A DNA stretch of 64,000 bases. Source: Octopus vulgaris. Taxonomy: Eukaryota. Made by a program: the position numbers and the translations under genes. The notes beneath the pieces are model-generated. The model did not search any database. It was given only the letters and a program-made list of their open reading frames with translations, and had not been told where the DNA came from. The DNA lies in NCBI GenBank assembly GCA_951406725.2, contig OX597826.1, positions 29,264,001 to 29,328,000 of the forward strand, in the 5' to 3' direction. Position 1 is the first letter of the stretch. Every line of letters starts with the position of its first letter. Of the stretch, positions 52,933-64,000 are shown in pieces.

Positions 52933-53603
52933 GTAAGTTTATTTTAAATTTATTATAATTAATTATAAATCATCATCGTTATTATTGTTGTTAGTTTTAT
53001 GTTCTTTAATTGGAATCTGATTTAATATTTTAAAATAATTTATCCAATTCCGTCTAATATTTCATCTATTTGCTAACATCTCTTTATTTTTCTATCATTT
53101 TTCCCCTCGAAGTTTGTAATTAACTCTAACTAATCTTTTATTAGCGTACAAGTTTTGGTTTAAAAACTTTTTTTCTAAATCAGAAAGAAATATATAATGT
53201 TTTATGTACGATATAGGCTATATAATTTTAATTAATAATCATTTTAAAGAAATTAATCGTAAATATCAACATCTTATTCAGCAACATGTTTATTTCACGC
53301 ACATGCTGTCTTTTTTCGTGGCTAAAACTTAAGACCCAGCTTAACTTTATAATTATAGTTTGGCGTCTAATATTCGTATGAAGACAAAAATACAACAGTT
53401 AACAATTCTAAATATGACAGAAAGCATTTTTTTTAAAGCGAAGTGGTTTGGATTAACTTTAGGGTTTACACACATGGTTTGGTTTTTAACAAGTGCTTCT
53501 TGGAACCTCAGGCATGATACTGTAAACACAGAAAATGCTGAAGGAAGACGAGAAAAACAAGTCGAATGTGGTATTCCATACACAAACACACATCCTAACC
53601 CTA

Positions 53604-54298
53604 AGGAGTGGCTGTGTGGTAAGTAGCTTGCTAACCAACCACATGGTTCCGGGTTCAGTCCCACTGCGTGGCATCTTGGGCAAGTGTCTTCTGCTATAGC
53701 CCCGGGCCGACCAAAGCCTTGTAAGTGGATTTGGTAGACGGAAACTGAAAGAAGCCTGTCGTATATATGTATATATATATTTGTATGTGTGTGTATATCT
53801 CGGAGTGGTTGGCGTTAGGAAGGGCATCCAGCTGTAGAAACACTACCAGATCTGACTGGCCTGGTGCAGCCTTCGGGCTCCCCAGACCCCAGTTGAACCG
53901 TCCAACCCATGCTAGCATGGAAAACGGACGCTAAATGATGATGATGATGTGTGTGTATATATATTTATACATTTGTATGTGTGTGTGTGTATATATATAT
54001 ATATCATCATCATCGTTTAACGTCCGTTCTCCATGCTACTGTGTGCCATGCAGTGGGACTGAACCCTGAACCATGTAGTTGGTAAGCAAGCTTCTTACCA
54101 CACACTCACTCCTGCGCCTACATATATATATATATGCGTGTGTGTGTTTGTCCCCCTAGCATTGCTTGACAACCGATGCTGGTGTGTCTATGTCCTCGTT
54201 ACTTAGCGGTTCGGCAAAAGAGACCGATAGAATAAGTACTGGGCTTACAAAAAAGAATAAGATGGCTGCAGTCAAATGACTGAAACAAGTAAAAGAGT
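53604..54298. mobile_element. Nested young SINE family A and RTE-tail elements
   Basis: Family A head 53604-53762, RTE-tail element 53797-53948, inverted head ~54040-54120, 3' half ~54140-54298. Confidence 0.8.
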
Positions 54299-54959
54299 AT
54301 ATATATATAGGGAAATAAAGAAAGCTTCATAAGTATGAATGTGTAGTCAAGAAGCTTGCTCCCCAACCATGGGATCTTGAGCAAGTATTTTCCATCATAG
54401 CCCAGGCCAACCTGAGCTATGGTAGAAGATTTGGTAGATGGAAACTGAAAGAAACCTGTTGAAAAAAAACATGTCTGGCCATGGAGAAATACTTCCTTAC
54501 TTGGAAACAATTGAGGATTGGTTGTAGTCTTCATAAAGACTGACTTAGTGTTCAAGCAGCAGCAATAATAATGAACTATAGTATTAAAAATAAATGAATA
54601 ATTAACTATAATTAATATAGTGTTATAATTAATGTTAATTATATTACACATTAGAAGCACTAATTTCAGCTAAAATGGGAACATTCTCACAGACAAGCGT
54701 CAGGCTATGTGTCTGTTGATTACTGAGTGATTGCCATTACTGGGCCCTGATTAATATGCTACAGAGCCCTTAATATTCCCTTTATATGCTCCAGCATATC
54801 TTGATTTATCAAGTGCTCTACTGTAGTTTAAGCGGATATCAAAGACTCTGTAGCATACTGAGTTGATATCATGGTGCTTGATAACACCTAGACAAAGCCT
54901 CTTTTATTTCTTAGATACTAGGCCATGTTAAAATAAGGATGACCATTTTCCGCAACCTT

Positions 54960-55205
54960 CTGCTAATGACCTGCAAGCTTTCGGATTTGGTACCAATCCT
55001 TCAGCTTTGAATCAAAATATTCTTGGCAGACTTCTTCAACGACTGACTCAAATCGGCGACCTTTCATAAAGTGCTGCATTGATTGGAAGAGACCGTAGTC
55101 AGATGGAGCAATGTCCGGACAATAGGCTGGATGCGGCAGAACTTCCACACCGTCCAATTCTTCAATCTTGTTGCTGGTCTTCCTGGCAGTATGCAGCTTT
55201 GTATT
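54960..55205 (-). pseudogene. Mariner (Tc1/mariner) transposase C-terminal remnant
   Basis: LHTARKTSNKIEELDGVEVLPHPAYCPDIAPSDYGLFQSMQHFMKGRRFES..VEEVCQEYFDSKLKDWY matches the mariner HPPYSPDLAPSDYHLF motif. Confidence 0.9.
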
Positions 55206-55969
55206 TTCTTTTTGAAACAAAGTGCGTTTTGACGAACACCGTGAGTCACCATTGAACATGACATGAACTGAATGATCACACACACCACAAAAATATATAA
55301 AAAAGCATTATTTTAACATGGTGCACAAACGTTTTCTTCAGTCTAATATATGCTACAGAGCCCCTGATTTTCTTTTAATACCATCATCATTTTAGCATCT
55401 ACTTTTCTATTTTTGTATTGGTTGGACAGAGTATATTTAAGCAGATCTATGGCTGGATGCCTTCTCTGTTGTCAGCTCTCATCTGTTTCCAAGTAATGTA
55501 ATATTTCCCTTAGGCAAGCTGGCAGAATCGTTAGCATGCTGAGCAAAATGCTTAGTGGTATTTTGTATGTTTTTACATTCTGGGTTCAAATTCTGCCATG
55601 GTCAACTACACCTTTCATCCTTTCAGGGTTGATAAATTATTTACCAGTTGATCCCTGGGGTCGATGGAATCAACTTACTCTCTTCCCCAAGATTGCTGGC
55701 CTTGTGCCAAAATTTGAAGCCCCATGGCTTGGCGCATTTATGCAGAATTGTGGAAATGCATGATATTCATTTACAGCAATGTCAATTCAAGGAGACATGA
55801 ACATTCACACACACACATGACAGGCTTCTTTCAGTTTCCATCTACCAAATCCACTCCCAATGCATTGGTTGCCTCAAGGCTATAGTAGAAAGCACCTGTG
55901 GGGTCACACACAGCTACTGAACCCAAAATCATGTTGAGAAGCAAACTACTTAAACACACAGCTACATCA

Positions 55970-56300
55970 TACCCTTAATATGCTTACAGAGCCCCTAATG
56001 TTCCTTTACTACTCTGCAGACTACATTGATATTCCCATGATATGCTACATGGTTCCCTCATATTACCATAACATGATACAGAACCTGTAATTCCCTTAAT
56101 ATGCTACAAAGCATTGTGATATCTCTTTAATTTTCTACAGGGCCACTGACATCTCCTTAATACCCTAGCATCCTTGACATCCTCTTAATAGGTTACAGTG
56201 CTTCTTGATTTTTCCTAAATATGCTTTGATGCCCCAGGTGTCCCCTTAACATGCAGCAGAACCACCAATATATTTTTAATATGCTACAGAGCACTTGATG
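55970..56300. repeat. Degenerate ~30-bp minisatellite (approx. TTAATATGCTACAGAGCCCTTGATATTCCC), ~11 units
   Basis: 30-bp periodicity; same unit at ~54750-54860 and ~55345-55380. Confidence 0.8.
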
Positions 56301-56646
56301 ATGCCTTCATTCCAAATTCATCATCAACATTACCACTATTTAATATCTGTTTTCCATGCTGGCATGGGTTGGATGGTTTAACAGCAGCTGGCAAGCTGGA
56401 GGGCTGCACCAGGCTCCAAGTTCCTGTTTTGGTATGGTTTCTACAGCTGGATGCCCTTCCTAATGCCAACCATTGTACTGCGTGTATTGGCTGCTTTTTA
56501 CATGACCTCAGCACTATTGTGATCGTAAGTAACCTGGAAGACAAAGAACTTGGACTTTCTCTGCTATTTTATTTCCATTTTTCCAAGTTAGACCCTGTTT
56601 ACCATGTCCTCTTCGTTGAGGATAAAAATTTGTCGTGTATGTATGG

Positions 56647-56716
<70 letters not shown>

Positions 56717-56918
56717 TAATCCCTCACCATATTGCAGTTTATTGTTTAAGCTTACGTTGATTCCTCTGGTGTTGTTTTGCATTTATAAAATAAATATATA
56801 CAAATTATAAAAATAATTTTTTTTAAATATACTGTGCAGTACTGTTTCTACTTCATGGATTTTCAACTATTGGGGGGTGGGGTTGGAACATAACACCTGC
56901 AGTACTTGAGAGATTACC

Positions 56919-56951
<33 letters not shown>

Positions 56952-57537
56952 AATATAAAACAAATGCACACACTGTTCATAGATTATTTAACAAACTTCT
57001 TTCATGCAAGCTTTGCACCTTCCACCTTGCTTACATTTAGGGGACTATAAGGGCTGGACAAAATAATGCAAACAAACTATCATCCCTGTCACAGACTTCT
57101 ACATTTTCTTTCACCTCATCACAGTTGTTTGAGTATGTAACAATTGAATGAAATCTGTAATAAGTATAGACTATTGTTTTTCAATGCATTTCAGTCCATC
57201 TACAAGTTATCAATTTGTGACACTTCACATGTTACAACCTGTAAGGCACCTTGAGGAAGTGTCTTCTACTAAAGCCCCAAACTGACTGATACTGTCTGAG
57301 GTAAATTTGGTTGATAGAAACTGTGTGGAAGCCCATGCTGAAATGGATTACAAAAGAAAAGAACCAGGTGGGGTTTGTGTGTGATGAAGTTTGCTCCCCA
57401 GTCACATAGTTTTGGGTTCAGTCCCACTGTGTGACACCTTGGGCAAGTGTCGTCTAGTATATCCTTGTGCCAACCTAAGTCTTCTTAGTGGATTTGGTAA
57501 GCAAAAACTGAAAGAAGCCTGTTACATATATGTATGT

Positions 57538-57579
57538 ACTAGCATTAAAGACCCGTCGTTGCCGGGTCATAGTGCTAGT
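57538..57579. mobile_element. 42-bp palindromic double Helitron-3'-end motif
   Basis: aCTAGcattaaagacccg-tcgttgc-cgggtcatagtgCTAGt. Confidence 0.6.
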
Positions 57580-57703
57580 GCATGTATATATGTGTACATA
57601 TTACATGTACATCTATATATATATACATCTACACATAAAATACAAAATACAAAGTTATATCTTGATATCGCTAGTGATAACAATACTCAAAATATATAAC
57701 AGA

Positions 57704-58545
57704 CTGGAATTGTTAGCCCGTCTCTTGTAATTTTGATGAATTGTATCTTGTCCTCCCTCTTGTATAGAAGTGTGGCTACAATCCAGCCTACCTCTACTTC
57801 GGGGGTGGGGGGCATTTAAAATTTTTTTCCAGGACGTCCTACGTCTCAGATATAAAGGTAAAAATAAAATATTTCCACTTTGCAAGTTCGAGTCGAGTAC
57901 TCCCTTGCACGCTCCGTTGACTCGAACCTTGCTTCTATTGGGCGAATTTACCGCCACTGATTAGATACCTTTCATAGTCGCACCAAGACACTTTTCCAAG
58001 GTGCTTTCCTCCATATGTTCAAATCTTTTTTCTCTACATTGTATACTTTATAGACAATAGTCTTTTCTTTAATTTAATTTTTTATTATCCATCTGGACTA
58101 TTCCATTTCTGCACGCTAATTTTATTTTTAATTTATTCCCATTCATGTGAAACCACTTATTCAAGTTCAAATCATTGATGCAATTTTATACCAATTGCTA
58201 TTTTTACTTTTGTCATGTTACTTTAGTTTGATTTTAATTATTACTTACTACATATAATTCAATTGTTATTATTATTTTTATTGTTAAAGTGAAAGTATTT
58301 GACATAAAATAGAGAAACGTTTTTGTTTCACTTTTAACACGTAATACTGAAATAGTGGAGAAGATATGATATTGCTATGGACTCGCTCTAGGCAAGAAGT
58401 TGAACATTTTTTTGCCGATGACACTCCCCGGACCCTAAGTAAGGCATGTGTAAAATTTGAATGAAATTGGTTGTGTAGTTCTCAAGTTTTAGGGAAACAC
58501 ACAGACAGACAGACACACATTCTCAGTTTTATATATATATAAAGA
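57704..58545 (-). mobile_element. Non-autonomous Helitron inserted in the middle of a SINE
   Basis: Minus 5' end A|TCTTTATATATATATAAAACTGAGAATGTGTGTCTGTCTGTC; degenerate 3' end gacgggctaacaattCCAG|T; SINE halves at ~57365-57525 and ~58547-58725. Confidence 0.7.
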
Positions 58546-58744
58546 TATCTGTTTGTTTGTGTTTATCCCCTATCCACTGTTTGACAACAAGTGTTGGTTT
58601 GTTTACATCCCTGTAACTTAGCAGTTCAGCCAAAAGGGCCTGCTAGAATAAGTACCAGACTTGAAATGTTCCAAACCCTGCAATGTGGTGCCCCAGCATG
58701 GCCACACTCTAATTACTGAAACAGATTACGAAAGAAAAGATAAC

Positions 58745-59305
58745 CAGGCATGGTTGTATAGTAAGAAGTTTGCTTTCCAACCTCATGTTTCTGGGTTCTG
58801 TCCCACTGTGTGGCACCTTCGGCAAGTGTTTTCTACCACAGCCCCAAGATGACCAAAGCCTTGTGAGTGGATTTGGTAAATGGAAACTGAAAGAAGCCTG
58901 TAGTATATACGTATAAAGCACCCTGCATACTCTGTTAAGCAGTTGGCATTTGGAAGCATTTCCAGCCACAGAAACCATGTCATAACAGACAGTTGGAGTT
59001 CTGGCTATTCCCTGCTGGCCAGTTCCATGTCAAACTGTTCAACCCATGCCAGCATGGAAAACAGACGTTAAACAATGATGGTGATAATATACATGTCTGT
59101 GTGTCTGTGTTTGTCCCTCGCCACTGCTTGATAACCGATGTTGGTGTGTTTACAGCCCCGTAACTTAGTGGTTTGGCAAAAGTGACTGATAGCATAGGTC
59201 CCTGGCTTTAAGAAAAAATGTCCTGGGGTCAATTCGTTCAACCAAAGTTCTTCCATACAGTGCTCCAGCATGGCTGTAGTCTACTGACTGAAGTAAAAGA
59301 TAAAA
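58745..59305 (+). mobile_element. SINE family A split by an RTE-tail element
   Basis: Head ~58745-58900, insert ~58915-59085, 3' half ~59095-59305. Confidence 0.75.
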
Positions 59306-61277
59306 GATAATATATATAGAAGACACAGGCATGGCTGCATGGTTAAGAAGTTTGCTTTTTAACCACATGGTTTCAAGTTCAATTCCATTGTTAGGTTCGC
59401 AATTCATGGCAATAATTTCTGCTTTTCATCTGTCTCAAAACTTCGTTTAAAGATTTCTCGTTTTTGAAACAAGTTGCAACAGCAATAACACTGTGTTTGC
59501 ACCATTTGGTTCTGTTTTAAAGTGCAAATCTTTGTTTTAACTGGAATTTATCTTCTTACTCTCCTTAGTTATCTATTTTTTGTCTGCTATGACCCTGGCT
59601 TTGTGGTTAAAGTGTTGAACTCCTGATTGTAAGATTGTGGTTTCAATTCCTGGACCAAACAATGCATTGTGTTCTTGAGCAAAACACTTCATTTCACATT
59701 GCTCCAGGTCCCTCTGCTAACAAAAATGAGTAATCCTACGAGGGACCGGCGTCCCACCCAGGAAGGAATATACACACCAGAGAGACCAGGAAACCAGCCC
59801 CTATGCTCCTTACAGACTAATGTGGACTAACCATGACCCTAGAATATCCTGTCCTGTTGTCCTCTGTCTGTTACAACCTTGGTTTCATTATATCATTTTC
59901 TTTTTCCTTTCTTACCTTTTTTGTTTTTCATTATGGGCAGCTCTCGTTTACCATTCTAATGGTTGGTTATTGACTCCAAATATTTCAACAGCTTTCTGCT
60001 GCCATAATGGAAGTTCATTCTTCATCCCAGATGTTCTATTTCCATCCATTCATGGTCTTTTTTCTTCTTTTCCTTAAAATGTTCTTACCGGTTCTCTTTG
60101 TAAGGACATTCACTAAACTACATTCTTTGAAATGCCTTGCCTACTTAACAGGACAATTTGCATGAATCTTTCTCACTCTCTTTCTCTCATCATATATCGT
60201 TTAATACAAATATTACATAAAGAGGTGTTTACTAATCTATTGACCTACCTTGTGTTGGTTCACTCCTTAGTCCCAACAATTTCATTTACTTTACAATCTC
60301 AAAGTCAAATTAATTGATTACCCATTGATGGATAACTCTGACCTACAAAGGTCAACCTGATGACCTTATTGCTTCAGTGCTTGGAATCAATGAATATTTA
60401 CACCCACACACACACAGATGTACCTGCTTTATTCTCTCTATCTCTTTTTATTTTTATCTATTTTTCCTATATCCTTTTCTCCCTCTCTTTCTCTCATCTT
60501 TTGTGCTCTCTCTCTCTCTCTCTCTCCATCTTAATTTTATCCGTGTACATGTGTAGATATGTTTGTATTTATATATATGTCCATATGTGTGTGTTTGTGT
60601 GTGTATATGCATGTTACAGTTTACAAGGTACTTTTAGTTGTTGGTGGTGGGGGAGATCTGTCAAGCAGCTGTTTGGTTCGTGACCATCTTTTCAGTGGAA
60701 TGTCCTTCGTCTTCAAGAATGTGAACTTGTCTTTTATTTAGCAGTTAATGTCTTTGACATTAATGAGACTTTTCAAAGAAGACTCATTAATGCCATAGAG
60801 ATTTTTCTTTGACACAAACAAAAGAATGATAATAGTTGCTGTGAGGTTTGTAATTCAGGTTGAAAAGAGCAGTTGGGGTGGTGGGGGTGTGTGACAAATT
60901 CTGTGGAGTGTTGAATGAAATACTTAGGAGTGTTTAATTTTGGTCTTTTTACATTTTGAGTTCAAATCCTGTTTGGGTCCACTTTGTTTTTTTCATAATT
61001 CTGTGCTGGTTTCAACTTATTCTCTTGTCTTGCTTGATCACCGCCTCTCCACCTTGGCTTCTGGGTGTTTTCAGTGTGAATCAGAGCAAGATCACCCTTT
61101 ATGATAAGGGATACCAATGTTCATTTAGTAGTGTGGGTGTAGTGCTATAGGTTAGTCGGCCCTGATTAGCCTCGATCAAACAGACCCATCTATGATTAAA
61201 GACCTTTCTGGTCATGACCGTCATTCCATTTTCATGGTTTTTACACCCATTCTTTTCATGCTCCTATAGGGTTAGAT

Positions 61278-61372
61278 TAGTGGTTCTCATCTAGGGTTCA
61301 CATGACCCTTGGGGGATCCACGTAAGATTTTGTTGTTAAAATTTATGTACAATAAACTGGTTATTCTTCTGA
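61278..61372. mobile_element. hAT-like MITE end fragment
   Basis: tagtggttctcatctagggttcacatgacccttggggga resembles CAGTGGTTCTCAAC-type hAT termini. Confidence 0.35.
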
Positions 61373-61626
61373 GTAGAAGATCCATCAAGCCAAGTAAATT
61401 GCTGTCATTACAGTTCTTAACTGCATGGCTCTACCTGTTGTACATATTCAAAAGAAGTTTCACTTGAAACTTTACATTTTTTATTCACTTGTTCCTTAAT
61501 CATGCCCTGTTATGAAACTTCATGCACCACCCAAATATTGCCATGGCTCACCAGTGGGGTATGCGCCCTTCCTGCAATAACACTTGGTTATGCTGTCAGG
61601 TTGACCTGCTACAAACAGCAGCCAAT

Positions 61627-62413
61627 CGTCATCATCGTTTTATGTCCGCTTTCCATGCTGGCATGGGTTGGACGATTTGACTGAGGACTGGCGAACCAGA
61701 TGGTTGCATCAGGCTCCAATCTGATCTGGCAGAGTTTCTACAGCTGGATGTCCTTCCTAACACCAACCACTCCGAGAGTGTAGTGGGTGCTTTTACGTGC
61801 CACTGGCATGAGGGGCAGTACTGGCAACAGCCATGCTCAAACGGTGTTTTTACGTGCCACCTGCACAGGAGCCAGTCCACTAGTACTGGTACCGATCTCG
61901 CTTGAATATCTTTACATGTGTCACTGGCGCAAGTGCCAGTAAGGCGACGCTGGTAACGATCATGCTCGAATGGTGTCCTTTTACGAGCCACTGGTATGGA
62001 ACCCAGTAAGCTGCTCTGGCAACAATTACGCTCAGATGGTGCTTTTAGCACTCCACTAACAAGGCTGCCAGTCATCAAATTTGATTTCGATTTCACTTAC
62101 CTCAACAGGTTTTCTCAAGCAGAATTTAGTGTGCAATGAAGGAAAAGTGTGCATAAGTGGGCTGGTTACATCCCTGGCATAGGCCACGGTTTATGGCCTC
62201 ACTTGGCTTGCCGGGTCTTCTCAAGCACAGCATATTTCCAAAGGTCTTGGTCACTAGCGAGAGGCCCTTTGTCACCAGCAGAGGTAAGAGCTCTCTGAAC
62301 TTTGCCCAGGCTATTCTTATTCTAGCAGCTACACTTTCAGTGCACCCACCCCTGCTACTAACTTGGTCGCCTAGGTAACGGAAGCTATCAACTATTTTAG
62401 TTTTTCTCCCTGG
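61627..62413 (-). mobile_element. Internally deleted RTE LINE
   Basis: 62413-62256 translates IVDSFRYLGDQVSSRGGCTESVAARIRIAWAKFRELLPLLVTKGLS, fused directly to the C-terminal SDQDLWKYAVLEKTRQAK*, then 3' UTR and (GAT)n tail. Confidence 0.9.
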
Positions 62414-64000
62414 AATGTGGCAGAGCGAAAAACCATGCCATGATAGAATGGTTTTTTAACTGCATGTCACAACACCTTCTTGATGTGTCAATGATAATTT
62501 CTAGGTGTGGCATGGAATTAATCAAACGTAATAAGTATTTCCAGATATTTGACTTTCAAGTTCATTTGAGATCTGACATGTCTGCATGTGACTGGTGGCA
62601 TGATACTAATTGCTGACACAACATAATGCGTCATGTGTTGCCATTATGAAAAACAGAAAACTCCGCTCTATAGTCTTTAGAAAAAAAAGAACTTTTGCAC
62701 TTGCATTCATCTCATCACCTGACACTTTACCTGTGACGAAAGAGTCACAATATTTCCTCAATCTCACCTGATTATCTACAGTCAGTGTTCATAAATGCAT
62801 GTCTTTACACCTGATGAAATAGTCACAAGACATTCTCCCCTTCTCTTACAGACACAGGTGACGCAGGTATGTCTAGGTATTCATTGTACTTTAGCTGCGC
62901 ACATTTCATCTGATGTAGAAACAGGTGATATTGGCCATCAAGGGCAAAGAATCAGGTGACTGTGTGTGGGTGTTGGGAATAGGTGGTGTTGGGTGGGTGT
63001 GGGAGATGTCGTGACTCTTTGATCTGGAGCAGATCAGCTGATCGGTGGGATTGGTTCTTCATATGGAAAGAGATATCATCATCATCATCATGTTATTCAT
63101 TTTCCCATGCTTGCATGCCGTCATTGTCATCGTCGTCATCATTATCATTTAACGTTCATTCTTCATGCTGGCATGGGTTGGATGGTTTGGCAGGAGCTGG
63201 TAAACCGGAAGCCTGCATCAGGCTCCAGTTATCTGTTTCGGCATGGTTTCCATGGCTGGATGTCTTTCCCAATGCCTATAACTTCACAAAGTGTACTGGG
63301 TGCTTTGGACGTAGCACCATCACTGGCACTTTTTACATGGCCTGGCATGGGTGCCTCTTACGTGGCACTGGCACTAGGTGCTTTTCACTCGGCACCAGTA
63401 CGGGTGCTTTTCTATAGGGCTGTAGCATGTCAGACAAAATCCATTGAGGAATGTTTTCTATCGCCTGATGCTCCTCCTGTCACCATTCTTTTGTCTGCTG
63501 CTAAGCAAAATAATATTTCTTCCAGTCTTCTGGACACAATGTTATGGTCTTATGTTTCCATGGAAAACTGCACAAATGATACTGCTTATATGATGGTACT
63601 GGTGCGCAATGTGAGGACGAGGTGACACAGGTGTGCGCACGCAAACACACACACACTCACAGATTCATAGATATGTATTTCTTTATTGCCCACAGGGGGG
63701 GGGGCTAAACATAGAGGGGACAAACAAGGACGAACAAAGGGATTGTCAATTACATCAACTCCAGGGTGTAACTGGTACTTATTTAATCAACCCCAAAAGG
63801 ATGAAAGGCAAAGTCAACTTCGGCGGAATTTGAAATTGAATATAATGGTAGACAAAATGCTGCCAGGCATTTCGCCTGGCATGCTAATGATTCTGAAAAC
63901 TCGCTGCCCTACACAGATTCATATATCATCATCATCATTTTTCATCCACTTTTCCATGCTCACATCGGTTGGGCAGAATTTTGTTGAGGCATATCTTCCA

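Noticed and set aside
55970-56300. CRISPR-like periodicity (also 90-250 and 10815-10958)
   Set aside because: Units are contiguous and homologous along their length, with no unique spacers or cas genes; eukaryotic context

Overview
Repeat-rich, AT-rich eukaryotic (animal) genomic DNA, not prokaryotic. The SINE, RTE, Helitron and MITE families and dense microsatellites resemble those I recall from octopus (coleoid cephalopod) genomes; this taxon call is an inference. Two host genes are recognisable and convergent. The first is the terminal coding exon of mitochondrial HSP90 TRAP1 (+, 15891-15992), preceded by at least 15.9 kb in which I find no other TRAP1 exon. The second is a complete three-exon V-ATPase 16-kDa proteolipid subunit c gene, ATP6V0C (-, 52124-52049, 41564-41381, 39474-39267; 155 aa). 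A CCAAT/YY1/ETS promoter upstream of ATP6V0C looks bidirectional, with a possible PWP2-like 18-nt first exon (MKFSFQ|GTAAGT) on +. The rest is tRNA-derived SINEs, RTE LINE remnants, Helitrons (one with a PIF1 helicase remnant), a mariner fragment, TTAA-flanked MITEs and mini/microsatellites. Almost all ORFs in the supplied track are spurious repeat translations. The most notable unexplained signals are hammerhead-ribozyme-like cores, a 199-bp gap-free foldback, a 46-bp palindrome centred on a CLEAR/E-box in ATP6V0C intron 1, and a ~11-kb CpG-retaining domain over that intron. No CRISPR, rRNA or true tRNA gene was seen, and I cannot demonstrate a novel multi-gene system. Repeat boundaries are approximate and were read by eye.
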